The notes under the pieces: generated by a model
The model's input: the letters and a program-made list of their open reading frames with translations, nothing else
Database searches by the model: none
Told to the model about the DNA's origin: nothing
From: Acidimicrobiia bacterium
GTDB lineage: Bacteria; Actinomycetota; Acidimicrobiia; Spongiisociales; UBA11373
Length of the DNA stretch: 64,000 nt
NCBI GenBank assembly: GCA_046714175.1
Contig: JBKKBI010000069.1
Location: forward strand, 490-64,489
Reading direction: 5' to 3'
Program-made: the position numbers and the translations under genes
Part shown: positions 17,183-25,792 of the stretch, piece after piece
Layout of the letters: every line of letters begins with the position of its first letter
How positions within the stretch are numbered: position 1 is the first letter of the stretch

Positions 17183-17749
17183 CTACCGGGAGCGGGAGAA
17201 GACCTGACGGGATAGCGAAACCGGGTCTTCCTGGAAGGCGGCCAGGTCGAGAACCGCCCACAGCGAGGGCAGATTGCGATACCGGCCGTTCCAATCGAGT
17301 CCGTACCCGAGCAGAAATTCATCACCCACCTCGAAGCCGCGGTATTCGAGGGGGACGTCGACGATGCGGCGGGTCACCTTGTCTATCAGGGTGGCGGTGG
17401 CGAGCGAGGCGGGGCGCCGCGTCGCCAGCAGGCCGTGCAGGTAGGAGAGGGTGAGACCGGTGTCCACGATGTCCTCGACCACGATCACGTGCCGGTCGGT
17501 GATCGAGGTGGCCGAGTCCACCGAGATGGACACTCTCCCCTCGTCGCCGAACCGGGTCAGGCTGAGGAAGTCGACCTCGATCTCCGGAGGCAGATGGCGT
17601 CCCAGGTCGGCGAGGAACGGCACTGCCCCGTTGAGGATTCCGAGCAATACCGGCTCGCGGCCGACATAGTCGGCGCTGATGGTGGCTCCGAGCTCGGCAA
17701 CCCGCCGGGCGATCGTGGGCGCATCGACCACTTCCGCGAGTGTGTTCAT
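17183..17749 (-). CDS. hpt: Hypoxanthine-guanine phosphoribosyltransferase
   Basis: The VIVVEDIVDTGLTL PRPP-binding motif. Length is 188 aa. Confidence 0.9.
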   Translation of the reverse strand: MNTLAEVVDAPTIARRVAELGATISADYVGREPVLLGILNGAVPFLADLGRHLPPEIEVDFLSLTRFGDEGRVSISVDSATSITDRHVIVVEDIVDTGLTLSYLHGLLATRRPASLATATLIDKVTRRIVDVPLEYRGFEVGDEFLLGYGLDWNGRYRNLPSLWAVLDLAAFQEDPVSLSRQVFSRSR

Positions 17750-18786
17750 CGGTCGCCTCCAAGCAGCTGCGGCAGCAGCTCGCGGAACCGGTGCGTGAGG
17801 TCGTCGGTGAGCGGGGTGTGTTCCGGGGGAACCGGGTTTCCCGGGACGAGGCCAGCGGCGGCGGCTTCCATTCTGGTCCGGTACCAGTCGGGAAAACTCA
17901 GCGCGATATCGCTGCCCACGGCCAGGGCGAAAAAGTGATCCCGGGGCCCGAGTGCGCCCATCGCCCAGGCAAGGAGACTGCGGGTGGTGGCACGGCGATC
18001 CGGAGTGCCCAGGACCACTGCCAGCAGGCGATCGTGCTGGGTCACCGTGTATGAGAGCAGCACCTGGCCGGCGTTGGCGGTATCCCCTGTCTTCAGTCCG
18101 AGAAGGCCGGGGAAGACCCCGAGGTCACGATCGGTGGCGTCCACGGCGATGACGCGGGTGCCGATGCGAAACGTGATGTGCTTGGTGCGTGCCAGTTGCA
18201 GGGTGAGCGGGAAGTCCAATGCGTATCGGCCCATCGCGATCAGATCGCGGGCGGTGGTGACGTGATCGGTGGCATCGAGGCCGTGCGGGTTGCGAAATGT
18301 GGTGTTGGCCATCCCGATCTCGGAGGCCCGCGTATTCATGAGTGCCACGAATGCCTCCACGGTGCCCGACACCGCTTCGGCAACGGCCGTGGAGGCATCG
18401 TTCCCCGATTGCACCATGACGTTGGCCACCAGATCCCGCGCTAGCCACACCTCGCCCTGGCGGACGTCGGGTTGCCCGTCGAAGCCGATGGGGGTGGCAT
18501 CGGCATTGGCGGAGATGGTGACCGTCGAGTTCATGTCGAGTGCTATTTCGGCCAGCACCGCGGTCAGGAGTTTGGTGATCGAGGCGGGCGGCATCGGCAG
18601 GTCGGGGTCCTTGAAACCCAATATCGCTTCGTAGTCCACGGAATACACCATCCACGAGCGCGCGGCGATTGCGGGCGCCTCGGGGGCGGGGAAGGCGAGT
18701 ACCGGCGGAGGGGGCAGCGGCAGCGGGCGCAGCCCCGGTTGCGGTACTCCGCCCAGGGCGGCCGACAGGAGGACTGCGGAGAGCAC
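17746..18786 (-). CDS. D-alanyl-D-alanine carboxypeptidase (peptidase S11, serine-type)
   Basis: Signal peptide, the SITKLLTA (SxxK) motif, then SGN and KTG motifs. Length is 346 aa. Confidence 0.8.
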   Translation of the reverse strand: MLSAVLLSAALGGVPQPGLRPLPLPPPPVLAFPAPEAPAIAARSWMVYSVDYEAILGFKDPDLPMPPASITKLLTAVLAEIALDMNSTVTISANADATPIGFDGQPDVRQGEVWLARDLVANVMVQSGNDASTAVAEAVSGTVEAFVALMNTRASEIGMANTTFRNPHGLDATDHVTTARDLIAMGRYALDFPLTLQLARTKHITFRIGTRVIAVDATDRDLGVFPGLLGLKTGDTANAGQVLLSYTVTQHDRLLAVVLGTPDRRATTRSLLAWAMGALGPRDHFFALAVGSDIALSFPDWYRTRMEAAAAGLVPGNPVPPEHTPLTDDLTHRFRELLPQLLGGDR

Positions 18787-18791
18787 GCCGC

Positions 18792-19484
18792 TCAGCGCTC
18801 CAGAACCTGTCGCAGGTCGGAGCGAACCATCGCCTCCTGCATCTCCCGCGCCGCCTGGGCCACATCGGCCAGGACGTCGGCGGCCTGGCGTCGTCCCATC
18901 GGAGTGGCGTGACGCAGCAGCGGAGCCGTGAGCTGGCGGAACAGGTCTACTTCCCGGTTGGCTCCCAGTCGGACCGCCCGCAGGTGACGCGCCTCGAGCC
19001 CATGGCCGACCATGCGGTAGGCGGCCCGGATCACCGCCACGTCGTCGTCGTCGAAGGTCGCCTCGGCCGCGCCGTTGGTGGCATCGAGGACCCCGTGCTT
19101 CACCAGCTCGGTGACCAGTGCCAGCGGCGCCCCGGCGGCTTCGGCGGCCTGGGCGGCGGTCAGCGACCGCGCGGTGGTGGCGAAGTATGCGGCCGCCGGG
19201 GGTCCCGGGGCAGGTGCCGGCACCGATTCATGACCCCGCTCCCAGGCGCTGAGGCGCCCCTTGATCACCCGCAGCGGCAGAAAGTGATCCCGCTGCTGGC
19301 GCAGGATGTACCGGATTCGTTCCAGGTCGGCGGGACCGAACTCCCGGTATCCCGATTTGGTGCGCGGTGGATGGATGAGACCTTCGGTCTCGAGGAATCG
19401 GATCTTGGAGATGCTCGCATCGGGGAACTCGCCCTGAAGTTGGGCGACCGCGTCGCCGATGCTGAGCCGGGTGGGAGCGCTCAT
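18792..19484 (-). CDS. MerR family transcriptional regulator (Rv1828-like)
   Basis: LSIGDAVAQLQGEFPDASISKIRFLETEGLI is a MerR HTH. The ATG start was chosen at 19484, which overlaps the garA stop (ATGA). Confidence 0.8.
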   Translation of the reverse strand: MSAPTRLSIGDAVAQLQGEFPDASISKIRFLETEGLIHPPRTKSGYREFGPADLERIRYILRQQRDHFLPLRVIKGRLSAWERGHESVPAPAPGPPAAAYFATTARSLTAAQAAEAAGAPLALVTELVKHGVLDATNGAAEATFDDDDVAVIRAAYRMVGHGLEARHLRAVRLGANREVDLFRQLTAPLLRHATPMGRRQAADVLADVAQAAREMQEAMVRSDLRQVLER

Positions 19485-19867
19485 GACTCGGCGGCGACCA
19501 CCAGGCGAAAGCGGCCGATGATCACCTGATCGCCGACGAGCAACTCGGCCTCTTCGCAGCGCTCGCCATTGACGTAGGTGCCGTTGGTAGACCCCAGGTC
19601 GCGGACCACGAGGCGGCCCCCATCGAGTGAGAACTCGGCGTGGTGGCGGGAGACCGTGACATCGTCGAGAAAAATCTCCGCTTCGGGGTTGCGCCCCGCC
19701 TCGACCCGATCCCGCACCGGCCAATGCTGCCCGCGGCGGGGACCGGTGGCCACCATCAGGGAATAGGACTCGGCCGTGGCGCCCTGACGGGCACGGGCGG
19801 ACCCGGGAAACTCGAAGGTTTCGGTGGGATCCGGCTCGTCACCGGACCAGGGGGGATTCGAATCCAC
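19481..19867 (-). CDS. garA: FHA domain-containing protein GarA-like
   Basis: 128 aa. The N-terminal ETFEF-like phospho-site region is followed by FHA motifs GRHWPV..DVTVSRHHAEF and STNGTYVNG. Confidence 0.85.
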   Translation of the reverse strand: MDSNPPWSGDEPDPTETFEFPGSARARQGATAESYSLMVATGPRRGQHWPVRDRVEAGRNPEAEIFLDDVTVSRHHAEFSLDGGRLVVRDLGSTNGTYVNGERCEEAELLVGDQVIIGRFRLVVAAES

Positions 19868-19927
19868 GACGGAATGGTACCTGCGGATGAGGTCTAGGCC
19901 CCGTCACCTTCGAGTGGTGCTAGAGGG

Positions 19928-20305
19928 TCAGCCGATGAGGGCGCGGTACCCGGCGGGGTCGAGCAACCCCTCGAGCGTGGCTGGGTCGTCGGGGGTGATC
20001 TCCACAAACCAGCCTTCCCCGTACGGGTCGGAGTTGATGCGCTCCGGGTTCTCCGCGAGGGCCTGATTCACGGCGGCGACCAGTCCGGCACACGGCGCGT
20101 AGATCTCCGCCACCGATTTGGTCGACTCCACCTCGGCCAGAGTTTCCCCACCAGCAACCCGTCTCCCCACCTCAGGGAGATCGACGAAGACGACATCCCC
20201 GAGTGCATCCTGGGCGTAGTCGGTGATCCCAACTCGCACCGCCCCGCCGACGAGAAGTGCCCACTCGTGCTGGTCGGTATAGCGGCGATCCTCGGGAACC
20301 TTCAC
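19928..20305 (-). CDS. gcvH: Glycine cleavage system H protein
   Basis: The lipoyl-lysine motif EVESTKSVAEIYAP. Length is 125 aa. Confidence 0.9.
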   Translation of the reverse strand: MKVPEDRRYTDQHEWALLVGGAVRVGITDYAQDALGDVVFVDLPEVGRRVAGGETLAEVESTKSVAEIYAPCAGLVAAVNQALAENPERINSDPYGEGWFVEITPDDPATLEGLLDPAGYRALIG

Positions 20306-20883
20306 GACGCCTCTCCTGGCTTGCGGTCAGCCGAGGATACCCGGCCGACGGTCGCGATCCGTCTGGCGTCCCCCACGTATTGGAATCCGACCACCCAGTA
20401 CAGGATCAGTCCCGGCGCCCCCACCGCGTAGGCGAACCAGCGGAAGAACTCGTGCGCCCCGCCGGCGTAAACCAGGAAGGCGGGGATGGCGAAGTACACG
20501 GCGAATGTCGCCACCTTCCCCAGCCGGCGCACCGTCATCTGTGGGCGACCCCGCACCGCCAGATAGGCCGCACCCGCCGAGACCAGCGCCTCCCGGGCGA
20601 GCAGACCGGCGGCAAACCAGACCGGCAGGGCACCCGCCGCCCAGCCCCCGGCCACCCCGGCGATGACCGCGAGACGGTCTGCCATCGGGTCGAGGATCTT
20701 GCCCAGGGGCGAGACTTGTCCGAGGCGGCGCGCCAGGTAACCATCTACCCAGTCAGTGGCGCCGATTCCGCCGATGAGCAGTCCGGCCGCGATTGGATCG
20801 TCGCGCCCCAGGAGTAGCCACAGAAACACCGGCACCAGCGCGATGCGAACCGCCGACACCGCGTTGGGGATGGTCAGGATCAC
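20302..20883 (-). CDS. pgsA: CDP-alcohol phosphatidyltransferase family protein (PgsA-like)
   Basis: DWVDGYLARRLGQVSPLGKILDPMADR matches the D-G-x2-AR...G-x3-D-x3-D signature. The protein is polytopic and 193 aa. Confidence 0.8.
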   Translation of the reverse strand: MILTIPNAVSAVRIALVPVFLWLLLGRDDPIAAGLLIGGIGATDWVDGYLARRLGQVSPLGKILDPMADRLAVIAGVAGGWAAGALPVWFAAGLLAREALVSAGAAYLAVRGRPQMTVRRLGKVATFAVYFAIPAFLVYAGGAHEFFRWFAYAVGAPGLILYWVVGFQYVGDARRIATVGRVSSADRKPGEAS

Positions 20884-21287
20884 GTCGCCTGGCGGAGGCG
20901 GAATGGGATCCGGGCCAGTTCGGCTCCGTCGTGCTCCACCACGAACACATATCCCCCGGCCGCGGGGAAGCGGACGTTGCCGAACGCCCCAACCAACGGC
21001 ACCACCGTCGCCGCACCCGCCGGTATCGACGCCGGTGCGCCGACGCGGAGATTGCCGTGCGATTCGATCCCCATGTCGCCGCCATCCTCGTCATAGAGCG
21101 CGATGCGCAGGGACAAGTCGCGGTTACGGTCGGAGGGACCCACCTCGGCGACGAGCACCACCGCCAGACTGCGATACACGACCGGGAAGCTGCGGGCGGT
21201 GATGGTGTCGAACGCCCCGCCGAGCACGTATAACTTGCCGGCGGTCACCTGTGCGGCATCGGCGAGCATCGCCGAGGTGAGCCTCAA
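20880..21287 (-). CDS. Hypothetical protein
   Basis: 135 aa with good GC3 and a 4-nt overlap with its neighbours. No recognisable motif. Confidence 0.4.
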   Translation of the reverse strand: MRLTSAMLADAAQVTAGKLYVLGGAFDTITARSFPVVYRSLAVVLVAEVGPSDRNRDLSLRIALYDEDGGDMGIESHGNLRVGAPASIPAGAATVVPLVGAFGNVRFPAAGGYVFVVEHDGAELARIPFRLRQAT

Positions 21288-21589
21288 CTGGCGGCCTCGA
21301 GTGCGTGCGAGCGCCCTTCAGGGTCGGTGATACGGGCCATGCGGGTGCCCCAGTGCGTGGGGGCGAGACCGGGGGCGGTGGGTGCGACTGCGAAGAACAC
21401 CGTGAAATCGGGATCGGCGCTGACCTCGGCGAGCACGATGTGGGCCGTCCCGGCGACGAGGCGCCCGGCGCGATGGCCCTCGCTCCCCCATCGCTCGGCG
21501 AATCCGAAGCCGAGTCCCTCCCAGAAGGCGACGCTCTGATCCCACTGCGTGGTCTCGGCGTAGAGATGGTCGAGTGCGGTGACGGTCAT
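21284..21589 (-). CDS. Small VOC/glyoxalase-like family protein
   Basis: 101 aa. LDHLYAETTQWDQSVAFWEGLGF and the C-terminal ITDPEG resemble a glyoxalase fold. Confidence 0.45.
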   Translation of the reverse strand: MTVTALDHLYAETTQWDQSVAFWEGLGFGFAERWGSEGHRAGRLVAGTAHIVLAEVSADPDFTVFFAVAPTAPGLAPTHWGTRMARITDPEGRSHALEAAS

Positions 21590-21620
21590 GGCGGCGATCG
21601 TAGTGACGGCGGCGAATCCC

Positions 21621-22265
21621 TCAGGCCGCGGCGGCCTCGGCCGCCACCCAGGTGTCCGAAGCCGCGACGGCTGCGGAGGAGTGCAGGCTCAGGTCCGGAC
21701 CTACCCCGGCGAGCAGCGCGGCCAGGTCTGCGCCCGCCCAGTCGAAGGCCAGCGCAGCCTCCCGGCCGACATCGAGGACCGAGTTCGCGGGCGGAACGGA
21801 TCCGTCTTCCACCGAGTACGGCTCCTGACAGACGTCGAACGACTCGAGCCCGAGCCACTCGTGGAATACGAACGGCAGGAAGGCCGCCGCCACCGGTGCG
21901 ATCGCGGCCGCGACCTCATCCGCGGTATGCGCTTCGAGCGGCTCCACATACACCGCCAGATGGGTCCCGGTCGTGGAGGTCTCATAGGTGTCCGACGACA
22001 CCAGGGCGGCCCGGGTTAGGCGGAATCCCAGGGGGGCGATCAGCGGCTCCAACAGTGGCTGCAAGCGTGCGAAGTCGTGCGGAGGCAACGCGGTTGCTGA
22101 AAGCGTGGTTGTGGCAGCAGTGACGGCGACCGTGGTACCGACACTCGGCGGGGTGATCACCACAGACGTCCCCACCGGAAGTGTCGTCGTCACTGCTATC
22201 GGAGCCGACGTGCCGTCGCAGGCCGCCACCAGCAACAGCACCGCCGCCCGACGCAGGATGCTCAC
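21621..22265 (-). CDS. Lipoprotein, hypothetical
   Basis: Signal peptide with the lipobox LLVAACD. Length is 214 aa. Confidence 0.5.
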   Translation of the reverse strand: MSILRRAAVLLLVAACDGTSAPIAVTTTLPVGTSVVITPPSVGTTVAVTAATTTLSATALPPHDFARLQPLLEPLIAPLGFRLTRAALVSSDTYETSTTGTHLAVYVEPLEAHTADEVAAAIAPVAAAFLPFVFHEWLGLESFDVCQEPYSVEDGSVPPANSVLDVGREAALAFDWAGADLAALLAGVGPDLSLHSSAAVAASDTWVAAEAAAA

Positions 22266-22690
22266 CGATTGGCGCCGCGCATGGTCCCGGTCAGCTTGGA
22301 TAGGTCGAGGGCATACAGCACGCAGTACACCACCCGGTCACCCTCCGCCCAACTTTCCAGCGTGGGCGTGATCGGGAAGATGTCCAGGTTGGACTCGGGG
22401 TAAGACAGTCCGACAAAGCCCTGGAACTCCGAGACGCAGCGCTCGGCGGCGGCCTGAGTGGTCGCCTCCCGGCCGGGGAAGGCTGCGTCGGTCATCGAGA
22501 ACTCGAAGTACACCTCGTTGTCGTGGGGCTGGCTGCAGTCCACGGTGGCGACGCTCGAGACGGCGTCGCCCGCGTCGGGGTCGTCGTTGAAGCAGTCTCC
22601 CACCTTCAGATCGAACACCGAGTTGTCATCGCTACAGGCGGCGACGCCGAACAGCAGAGCGGTCACGGCGAGAAAGGTGCGAAGTCGCAT
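22262..22690 (-). CDS. Septum-formation family lipoprotein
   Basis: Start MRLRTFLAVTALLFGVAAC (lipobox). The VGDCFNDD...VDCSQPHDNEVY pattern is typical of the Septum_form domain. A GGAGG lies upstream. Confidence 0.55.
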   Translation of the reverse strand: MRLRTFLAVTALLFGVAACSDDNSVFDLKVGDCFNDDPDAGDAVSSVATVDCSQPHDNEVYFEFSMTDAAFPGREATTQAAAERCVSEFQGFVGLSYPESNLDIFPITPTLESWAEGDRVVYCVLYALDLSKLTGTMRGANR

Positions 22691-22961
22691 GAGTTGAGTG
22701 CCTCCGGAGGGGATTGGCGTGAGAATAGCGAAAGAAGAACCCAAGGGGCGGTGAGCTCCAGGCAGAACCCGGATTGGCAGAATTACTCCAGATCCAACTC
22801 TGCACCTTTCTCGGGCTGATAGCTGACAGTTTCTTCAGTCGGGCCGGCCGGGGAGTCTCACGACAGATTCTCAGTGGCCTACTGTTTGGCGTGGCCTACG
22901 GGGCGGCGACGGGACACCGCACCCTCGTGGCACGCGATCGCGACTTGGGAACCGAAACGAG

Positions 22962-23759
22962 ATGCTCCGCGCCGAGGTAAACGGTCTTTCGGTGGCCTAC
23001 GAGCGGGCTGGTGACGGTCCGTCGCTGGTTCTGTTGCACGGGTTTACCCACGACTCCCGTGTGTGGAGGCCACAACTCGAAGGCCTTTCGGACCAGTTCA
23101 CAGTCATTGCCTGGGATGCACCGGGTGCCGGTCAGTCGCCCGACCCACCGGAAACGTTCGGGATCGGGGACTGGGCGGATTGTCTTGCGGGGCTCCTCGA
23201 CGCCGTCGGGGTGGAGCAGGCCCACTTCCTCGGACTCTCCTGGGGAGGGATCCTGGCCCAGGAGTTCTATCGGCGCCACCCCGCCCGGGTGAGGTCGCTT
23301 GTACTGGCCGATACCTACGCCGGCTGGAAAGGTTCACTCCCCGAACCGATCCCTGAAGAGCGCTTGGCGGCCTGCTTGCGAGATGCCTCGCTGCCACCCA
23401 GCGAGTTCGTGCCGAGGTACCTACCGGGTATGTTCAGCGAGTCGGCGAGCACGGAAGTCCGAGAAGAGTTGGCGAGCATCATGTCCGACTTTCACCCGGT
23501 CGGTTTCCGGCTGATGGCTATCGCTTTGGCCCACATGGACACTCGTGATTTGCTTCCAACCATCGGGGTTCCCACCCTGCTTGTCTGGGGCGACGCCGAC
23601 ACCCGGTCTCCAATGAGCGTCGCCCACCAGTTTCACGATGCGATACCGGGCGCCAGGCTCGCGATCATCTCCGGGGCCGGGCACGTCAGCAACCTCGAAC
23701 AACCAGCCCGGTTCGATGCGGAGGTACGCAACTTCTGCCGGTCTGTCTCGATCACGTGA
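22962..23759 (+). CDS. Alpha/beta hydrolase
   Basis: LVLLHGFTHD, GLSWGG nucleophile elbow and a C-terminal GAGH. Length is 265 aa. Confidence 0.8.
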   Translation: MLRAEVNGLSVAYERAGDGPSLVLLHGFTHDSRVWRPQLEGLSDQFTVIAWDAPGAGQSPDPPETFGIGDWADCLAGLLDAVGVEQAHFLGLSWGGILAQEFYRRHPARVRSLVLADTYAGWKGSLPEPIPEERLAACLRDASLPPSEFVPRYLPGMFSESASTEVREELASIMSDFHPVGFRLMAIALAHMDTRDLLPTIGVPTLLVWGDADTRSPMSVAHQFHDAIPGARLAIISGAGHVSNLEQPARFDAEVRNFCRSVSIT

Positions 23760-23935
23760 CCTTTTCGACGATCTCCGCTCACTTCCACAACTATCTGTGC
23801 GACCGGAGCGCTCCTTCCGCTAAGTCAAGTGCGTTCATTCGGGCCGACGGCTTCATCACTTGACCCGGACCACGGGGTGATCGCGCTACCTTCCCCAAGG
23901 CGAGACAAACCCCGCTGAAGATGGGGTTTCTCCGA

Positions 23936-24044
23936 GTCGGGCTGGCCGGATTTGAACCGGCGACCTGTTGGGATGTGCCGAGCGCAGCGAGGCTCGGTGG
24001 AGGGTGGCTGCGGTCCCGGTTAGGGGCTGCGGCCACCCGACCCT
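23936..24044 (-). other. tRNA-like remnant whose 3' 31 nt are identical to the tRNA-Pro 3' end, possibly an att-site duplication or pseudo-tRNA
   Basis: gtcgggctggccggatttgaaccggcgacct occurs at 23936-23966 and again at 24056-24086. The upstream part of the first copy cannot be folded into a canonical cloverleaf. Confidence 0.5.
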
Positions 24045-24056
24045 CTATCAGTCACG

Positions 24057-24131
24057 TCGGGCTGGCCGGATTTGAACCGGCGACCTCTTGACCCCCAGTC
24101 AAGCGCGCTAACCAAGCTGCGCCACAGCCCG
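24057..24131 (-). tRNA. tRNA-Pro (anticodon GGG)
   Basis: The 75-nt cloverleaf was read by hand: CGGGCUG acceptor, GCGC D-stem, anticodon loop CUGGGGG, T-arm GCCGG-UUCAAAU-CCGGC and discriminator A. No CCA is encoded. Confidence 0.85.
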
Positions 24132-24262
24132 TGACGGGGAATCCTACCGAAGCCGGTCCACCACCCAGACGAGGGTCTGTACCAGCCGCAAGGTCAGGTA
24201 TCCGGCGGCGGCGATGAGGAGAAGTCGAAACCCCCATGGTGTGGACTCGGTGGAAGGGCCAG

Positions 24263-25792
24263 TCACACCGGGGGCACTCCATGGCGGCGGTCGGAGAAGT
24301 GACGTTCCCGGTTGGACGCGTAAGCGAGCCGGGTGATCAACTCCTCGCGCAGGCGCTCGGGCGGCACGACGGCATCGACGACCAGGTCGGATGCCAGGTG
24401 AAGCAGGTCGACATCCTGCTCGTACTCTGCCCGCCGCTCGGCGACGAACCGAGCGCGCTCGTCGGGGTCCGTGATGGCGTGGATGGCGTTGTAGTACACC
24501 GCATTGACCGCTGCCTCAGGTCCCATCACCGCGATTTCGGCGGTAGGCAGGGCGAGCGTGGCGTCTGGGCGGAAGCCGGGACCGCAGAAGGCGTAGAGAC
24601 CCGCGCCGTAAGCCTTGCGCACGATCACCGACACCTTGGGAACCGTTGCCTCGGCGATGGCGGTGAGCATCTTGGCTCCGGCGCGGATGATTCCCTGGCG
24701 CTCCACCTCGGTTCCGATCATGAAACCGGGCACGTCGGCCAGGAAGACCAGGGGCAGGTTGAACGCGTCGCACATCCAGATGAATCGCGCCGCCTTGTCG
24801 GCGGAGTCGACGAAGAGGACTCCGCCGAGGTGCTCGGGCTGGGAGGCCACCACACCGACCGGTCTTCCGCCGAGCCGGGCCAGGGTGGTGATCACCTCGG
24901 GGGCGAACAACTCCTTGACTTCGAGGAGGCTGCCCTCATCGAAGAGGGCGCGCAGCAGGCGGCGCATGTCATACCCCTGGCGGGGGTCCGTAGGGATGAC
25001 CCCGGCCGGGTCGATGTCCTCAGGAGCCTCGAACTCATAGAGCGGCGGGGCGGTGGTGTGGTCAGCCGGCATGTACGAGAAGTATGTCCGGGCCCACCCG
25101 ATGGCCTCCTCGTCGCTGCCAACCAATGCGTCGCCGCATCCGCTGACCGAGCAGTGCATCCGGGCTCCGCCCATCTCCTCGAGGGTGGTGTGCTCCCCGA
25201 TGACCATCTCGGCCATTCGCGGCGACCCGAGGTACATCGAAGCGTTGCCCTCGACCATGATCACGACGTCGCAGAACGCCGGGATGTACGCCCCGCCCGC
25301 CGCAGAGGGCCCGAAGAGGCAGCAGATCTGGGGAACTCGCCCGGAGAGCCGCACCTGGTTGTAGAAGATGCGGCCGGCGCCGCGTCGCCCGGGGAACAGG
25401 TTCACCTGGTCGGTGATGCGGGCACCGGCGGAGTCGATGAGGTAGAACACCGCGAGTCTCTCGTCGTAAGCCGCCTCCAGGGCGCGGACCATCTTCTCGA
25501 CGGTGCGGGCGCCCCATGACCCGGCCTTCACCGTGGGATCGTTGGCGATCACCACCACCGGCCTGCCGTCGACCGTGCCCCGTCCGGTGATGACTCCGTC
25601 GGCGCCGAGCTCGTCGGTGGCGAGGGCATTGGCGAGTAGCCCATCCTCGACGAACGAACCCGAATCGCACAGCAGGTCGACCCGGTCGCGAGCCGGCAGC
25701 TTGGACTGCTCGGCGAGCTTGGCGCGATGCCGTTCCGGGCCGCCCAGTCGGGCACGCTCCGCAGCCGCCGCCATGCGCTCCTGCTGGCTCAC
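24263..25792 (-). CDS. accD: Acyl-CoA carboxylase carboxyltransferase beta subunit (PccB/AccD5-like)
   Basis: Carboxyltransferase N and C domains, including GGAYIPAFCDVVIMV and FVDSADKAARFIWMCDAFNLPLVFLADVPGFM. The GTG start at 25792 overlaps the der stop. Confidence 0.9.
   Translation of the reverse strand: MSQQERMAAAAERARLGGPERHRAKLAEQSKLPARDRVDLLCDSGSFVEDGLLANALATDELGADGVITGRGTVDGRPVVVIANDPTVKAGSWGARTVEKMVRALEAAYDERLAVFYLIDSAGARITDQVNLFPGRRGAGRIFYNQVRLSGRVPQICCLFGPSAAGGAYIPAFCDVVIMVEGNASMYLGSPRMAEMVIGEHTTLEEMGGARMHCSVSGCGDALVGSDEEAIGWARTYFSYMPADHTTAPPLYEFEAPEDIDPAGVIPTDPRQGYDMRRLLRALFDEGSLLEVKELFAPEVITTLARLGGRPVGVVASQPEHLGGVLFVDSADKAARFIWMCDAFNLPLVFLADVPGFMIGTEVERQGIIRAGAKMLTAIAEATVPKVSVIVRKAYGAGLYAFCGPGFRPDATLALPTAEIAVMGPEAAVNAVYYNAIHAITDPDERARFVAERRAEYEQDVDLLHLASDLVVDAVVPPERLREELITRLAYASNRERHFSDRRHGVPPV

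Noticed and set aside
23791-24282. ORFs 23791..24036 and 24052..24282 (81 and 76 aa) both containing VAGSNPASPT
   Set aside because: The shared peptide is simply the translation of the duplicated tRNA-Pro T-arm and acceptor sequence. These are non-coding.
24236-25519. 427-aa plus-strand ORF
   Set aside because: It is antisense to the accD carboxyltransferase gene. It has no motifs and reads directly through the upstream tRNA flank.
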